A stretch of DNA of 64,000 bases. Source: Chloropicon primus. Its lineage: Eukaryota. The stretch spans positions 1,240,001 to 1,304,000 of the forward strand of contig CP060756.1 in assembly GCA_023205875.1 (NCBI GenBank), written 5' to 3'. Position 1 is the stretch's first letter; the number at the start of each line of letters is the position of its first letter. The translations under genes and the position numbers were made by a program. Positions 60,335-64,000 of this stretch are shown in pieces. The notes beneath the pieces were generated by a model. The model made no database searches. It was not told the origin of the DNA and worked only from the letters and a program-made list of their open reading frames with translations.

Positions 60335-61771
60335 ATGAAGGGGGTTGAGTTGGGGAGAAGGGTGGGGGGGATGCTGGTGGAGAAAGAGGAGGTCCTGGGG
60401 AAGTTTGCGAGGAGGGTGTTGGGGTGGACCTTGGGACAAAAGAAAGGAACGGCGTCTTTTTGCTCGGTGCCAGAGGAGATCGTGAGGGACAGGCAAGAAA
60501 ACGGGGAGGAGAGGAGCGAGGACGGGGAGGACCTGATCGAGATCAAGGGCCTGAAGCTCAAGGGCCGCCCGCTTTACTTGGACGGGGCCGCGACGACGCG
60601 CGTGGACCCCAGGGTTCTCGACTCGATGCTGCCCTACTTCGTGGGCCAGTACGGGAACCCTCACTCGAGGACGCACATGTACGGGTGGGAGACCGAGGAC
60701 GCCATCGAGGATGCGAGGGCCCAGGTCGCTTCCCTCGTCGGGGCGGACCCGAAGGAGATCATCTTCACGTCCGGCGCGACGGAGTCGAACAACTTGGCCA
60801 TCAAGGGCGTCGCGAACTTCTACAGCGGGAAGAAGAGGCACGTCATAACGACGCAGACGGACCACAAGTGCGTCCTGGACTCTTGCAGGCAGCTGGAGCA
60901 GAAGGGCTTCGAGGTGACGTATCTGCCCGTGCAGTCGAACGGGCTGATCGACCTGGAGGAGCTGGAGAGCAAGATCAGGAAGGACACCGCCATTGTGTCG
61001 GTGATGGCCGTGAACAACGAGATTGGGGTGGTGCAGCCCATCGCGGAGATTGGCGCGCTCTGCCGCAAGAACAAGGTCTTCTTCCACACGGACGCCGCGC
61101 AGGCGGTCGGGAAGATTCCCATTGACGTGAACGAGATGAACATTGACTTGATGTCCATCTCTGGCCACAAGCTCTACGGGCCCAAGGGCATCGGAGCCAT
61201 CTACCTCAGGAGGAGGCCAAGGGTGAGGGTGGAGCCCATTATCAACGGAGGGGGCCAGGAGAGGGGCCTGAGGTCGGGAACCCTCGCTCCCCCCCTCGTC
61301 ATCGGGTTCGGAAAGGCCTGCGAGGTCGCGCAGCAAGACATGCAGAGCGACCTGGAACACGCGGAGAGGCTGAGCAAGAGGCTGATCGACGGCATCGAGA
61401 GCAGGGTCGAGAACACCCAGATGAACGGCGACAGGGACAAGAGGTACCCGGGAATCGTGAACATCTCGTTCGAGTACGTGGAGGGCGAGTCCCTCCTGAT
61501 GGGACTGAAGGAGCTCGCCATATCTAGTGGCAGCGCCTGCACCAGCGCCTCTTTGGAGCCCTCCTACGTGCTGAGGGCCCTCGGTCTCAGCGACGACATG
61601 GCCCACACCTCGCTTAGGTTCGGAATCGGGAGGTTCACCACGGAGCAGGAGATCGATTACGCCATCAAGGAGACTGTGAGCGTTGTCGAGAAGTTGAGAG
61701 AGCTCAGCCCGCTGTGGGAGATGGTCCAGGAGGGCATCGACATCAAGTCCATCGAGTGGTCCCAGCACTGA
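60335..61771 (+). CDS. NFS1: Mitochondrial cysteine desulfurase
   Basis: [29 protein letters not shown] (PLP lysine), SSGSAC and SPLWEM...IEWSQH. Confidence 0.97.
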   Translation: MKGVELGRRVGGMLVEKEEVLGKFARRVLGWTLGQKKGTASFCSVPEEIVRDRQENGEERSEDGEDLIEIKGLKLKGRPLYLDGAATTRVDPRVLDSMLPYFVGQYGNPHSRTHMYGWETEDAIEDARAQVASLVGADPKEIIFTSGATESNNLAIKGVANFYSGKKRHVITTQTDHKCVLDSCRQLEQKGFEVTYLPVQSNGLIDLEELESKIRKDTAIVSVMAVNNEIGVVQPIAEIGALCRKNKVFFHTDAAQAVGKIPIDVNEMNIDLMSISGHKLYGPKGIGAIYLRRRPRVRVEPIINGGGQERGLRSGTLAPPLVIGFGKACEVAQQDMQSDLEHAERLSKRLIDGIESRVENTQMNGDRDKRYPGIVNISFEYVEGESLLMGLKELAISSGSACTSASLEPSYVLRALGLSDDMAHTSLRFGIGRFTTEQEIDYAIKETVSVVEKLRELSPLWEMVQEGIDIKSIEWSQH

Positions 61772-61917
61772 GAGCGCTCATGTCGTGTTGTGAGGATTGT
61801 CCAAGTTGTTAATTCGTTTGTGTAAGTAATATCTCGTCGAGCAGAGACAAGAGACAAGAGAACAAGAGAACAAGAGAACAAGAGAACGAAACACGTACAA
61901 TAAAAAATAATACAAAC

Positions 61918-62390
61918 TCAGAGCTCCTGTTTCGCGACGACCCTTTTCCACGCGAACTGCTCCGGCTTGTCCCAAGTCGTCTCCTTGGTCTTCTTGTTGT
62001 GGTAGTACGTTTTCCCTGACTCCGGGTCGTTGAGCTCCTCCCAAGCGTACTTCTCCGGTACGTCCCAAGTCGTCCCCTTCGTTTCAGGGTCCACGTAGTA
62101 GTACTCGGCGTGCTCGCTGGACCAGTGTCGGTACTCGGGGTAGTGCCAAACGGATTCTCCGGTCACCTGCAGTGGCGAATCGAGGCGCGATCAGTCAGTC
62201 GAAGAGATGCGGTGCGCGAGGACACGAGAGAAAGGTTGGGACTGTCGATCCCCAACGTTTTTGCGAAAACTACCTCGTTGTGCCAAAAAAATTGGTCTTG
62301 CTGTTGACAGTGAACAAGGGAGGACAAGCAGAGGAGAAGGAGAGCCGCTGCGAGGACGAGCACGCTCGCGAGGCGTTGGCTCGCCCTCAT
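61918..62390 (-). CDS. Signal-peptide protein with tandem WW domains and C-terminal KQEL
   Basis: Exon 1 62390-62274 (alternative ATG 62414), intron 62167-62273, exon 2 62166-61918. Repeats FFWHNE|VTGESVW, YYYVDPETKGTTWDVP and W......SGKTYYHNKKTKETTWDKP. Confidence 0.78.
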
Positions 62391-62662
62391 TCTCACGCCA
62401 AGGAGCATCTCCATCTCGATTGTGTTGGCCTTCCCCGTCCGAACGCCGAGCCCGACTTCAAGCAGACGACGTCGTACAATTCTTTCGATCTTTCTTCGAA
62501 AAGTTTTGGTGGAGGGGTCTGCGAGTTTTGCGAGTGCGCGGTGGGACAAAGAAAACTCCGATTTATTACAAGAGGAGACCAAAGACGACAGCGACAAACA
62601 ACAAACCCTCGCCACCACCGCCATATCGGCATAATCGCAAGCAAAGGCAATCCTTTGGTCAC

Positions 62663-63528
62663 TCACATCCACCACTTTAGTCTTTTGTCCGTGGCCATGG
62701 CCTGGTAAATGGCAGTGAGCTGCTCACTCGTCTCCACGGTGCAGGGACCTATAGTCACGGAGGTGTACTTCCCCCCAGAGCTGCTCTTCGACTTCACTTT
62801 GTCGTCCGGGATTGACTGACCCAGGATGGACTCGACTGCGGCGACCATCGCGGCCTGGAAATCAGACCCGCCGGTTCCTATGGCGTTGAATTTCCGCTCT
62901 ATGGGGTACTTGTTAACCTTCTCGTCGATCTCCTTCCAACCTTCCGCCGAGGTGTCGTCCGACAGAACGAGGTGGGACTTTGGATCCCTCCCGCTGTTCA
63001 TCGACACTTCGCCCAACGTCTGCAACAGAGCCTCCGTGTTGGAGACGTCCCCCTCAGGATCCGCGTTCGCGAGATTCCTGGAAGAGCTCCCGAACCCCTT
63101 GGAAGGTCTACTCGCATGGGAGGATCCGTTTCGAAGGGTAATCGACGAGAACACGACGCGCGCGCAGCAGAGACGAAGAACAATGGTGTTGTCAGAGGAA
63201 GCAGCCAAAAACAAACTCGCGAGGCGGGCAAGACAAGGAAAGGACTGCGTGCGTCGTCTTACCTCTGCGCCTGCCCTTTGCCCCTGAGACCCTTCTTCCC
63301 TTCGGCTTCGCCCCCCTTGCCGTCCGTGCTGGAGCACGCGGCCGCGATGTTCCTGGTGAACACCCTGCCTTCGCTCCCCCACCCGAATGGAGTCCTCCTC
63401 CGTGCCTGTGCCCATAAGAGTGGCATCCGGGGCGTGGACGAGACCCCGAGCTTCTCCACTCGCAGTTGCCCCCCCAAACTCCTCAGACACTGGCGAGCGC
63501 CCAACCTGACGAAGGTCCTCGAGTTCAT
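62663..63528 (-). CDS. DUF493/YbeD-like (ACT-fold) protein, probably organellar
   Basis: Exon 1 63528-63263, intron 63108-63262, exon 2 63107-62663. Motifs KVNKYP.ER.F.AIG.GG, SSGGKYTSVTIGP and IYQAM..D.RLKW. Confidence 0.82.
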
Positions 63529-64000
63529 ACCGTCTCGACAACACACGCTACAACCGGGCTTGATAGATGTAGAGGCTCAATGATGATGACGGACTATTCC
63601 CTCGTCTTCCTTCTCGCTGTTCCCAAACCCCGCCTCCTTTCGCTTCCCTGCCCTGTGCAGTCGAGATCCTCTCCCTTCCTCTGTTCTTCCCCTTCCTCCC
63701 TCCCCCCTCCCCCGACCAAGGCCTCGCCCTTTCCTTATCCACAACTGGGCCGCCAACGCCCAAGCCAAGAGAAGCTTCCCCGCCAGCTGACGATTGGCGC
63801 CAATCGAGGGTTGAGTTGAGGAGAGAGGAGAGTGGAGAGAGTGGAGTGGTGTCCTGGCGAGGAGGGATTGGGAAAGGGAGGACGGGAGGACGAGTGTCCC
63901 TTGTGGTTGGGAATTGCAAGTGGAAGATCGAGTCGGTTTCGGTTGCGGAGGCTAGGCGACAGACGGAGAACGAGGTGGTTAGGGGAGGGCTTGGGCGTGA

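Noticed and set aside
42076..63528. Sulfur/Fe-S gene cluster (SUFE1, PLPBP, SulP, NFS1, DUF493)
   Set aside because: The genes are spread over 21 kb among unrelated genes and act in different organelles. Chance is sufficient.

Overview
Gene-dense, GC-rich eukaryotic nuclear DNA from a chlorophyte green alga. Evidence: a nuclear LHC gene and PsaG, short sparse GT-AG introns, and TGTAA poly(A) signals. The compaction resembles a picoalga such as Chloropicon, but that is inference only. I model 36 protein-coding genes, mostly housekeeping, including SF3B3, IF3, TRM1, syntaxin-16, a P4-ATPase, LeuRS, DHX16, RPN2, SufE1-BolA, DIS3L2, RNase Z, VPS18 and NFS1. I found no rRNA, tRNA, CRISPR or canonical transposon. 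Most notable: (1) an intron-containing 37-aa single-TM micropeptide gene at 38988-39101, absent from the ORF track, whose UGA sits at the base of a hairpin and is followed in frame by 67 more codons with a second TM segment; (2) an F-box/ankyrin-like repeat gene flanked by ~110-bp direct repeats and preceded by a double-hairpin element found three times in the window; (3) a signal-peptide + WW + KQEL protein; (4) an AFG1 ATPase fused to EF-hands; (5) a head-to-head LHCI/PsaG pair. All protein calls come from motif recognition by eye. No database searches were run.
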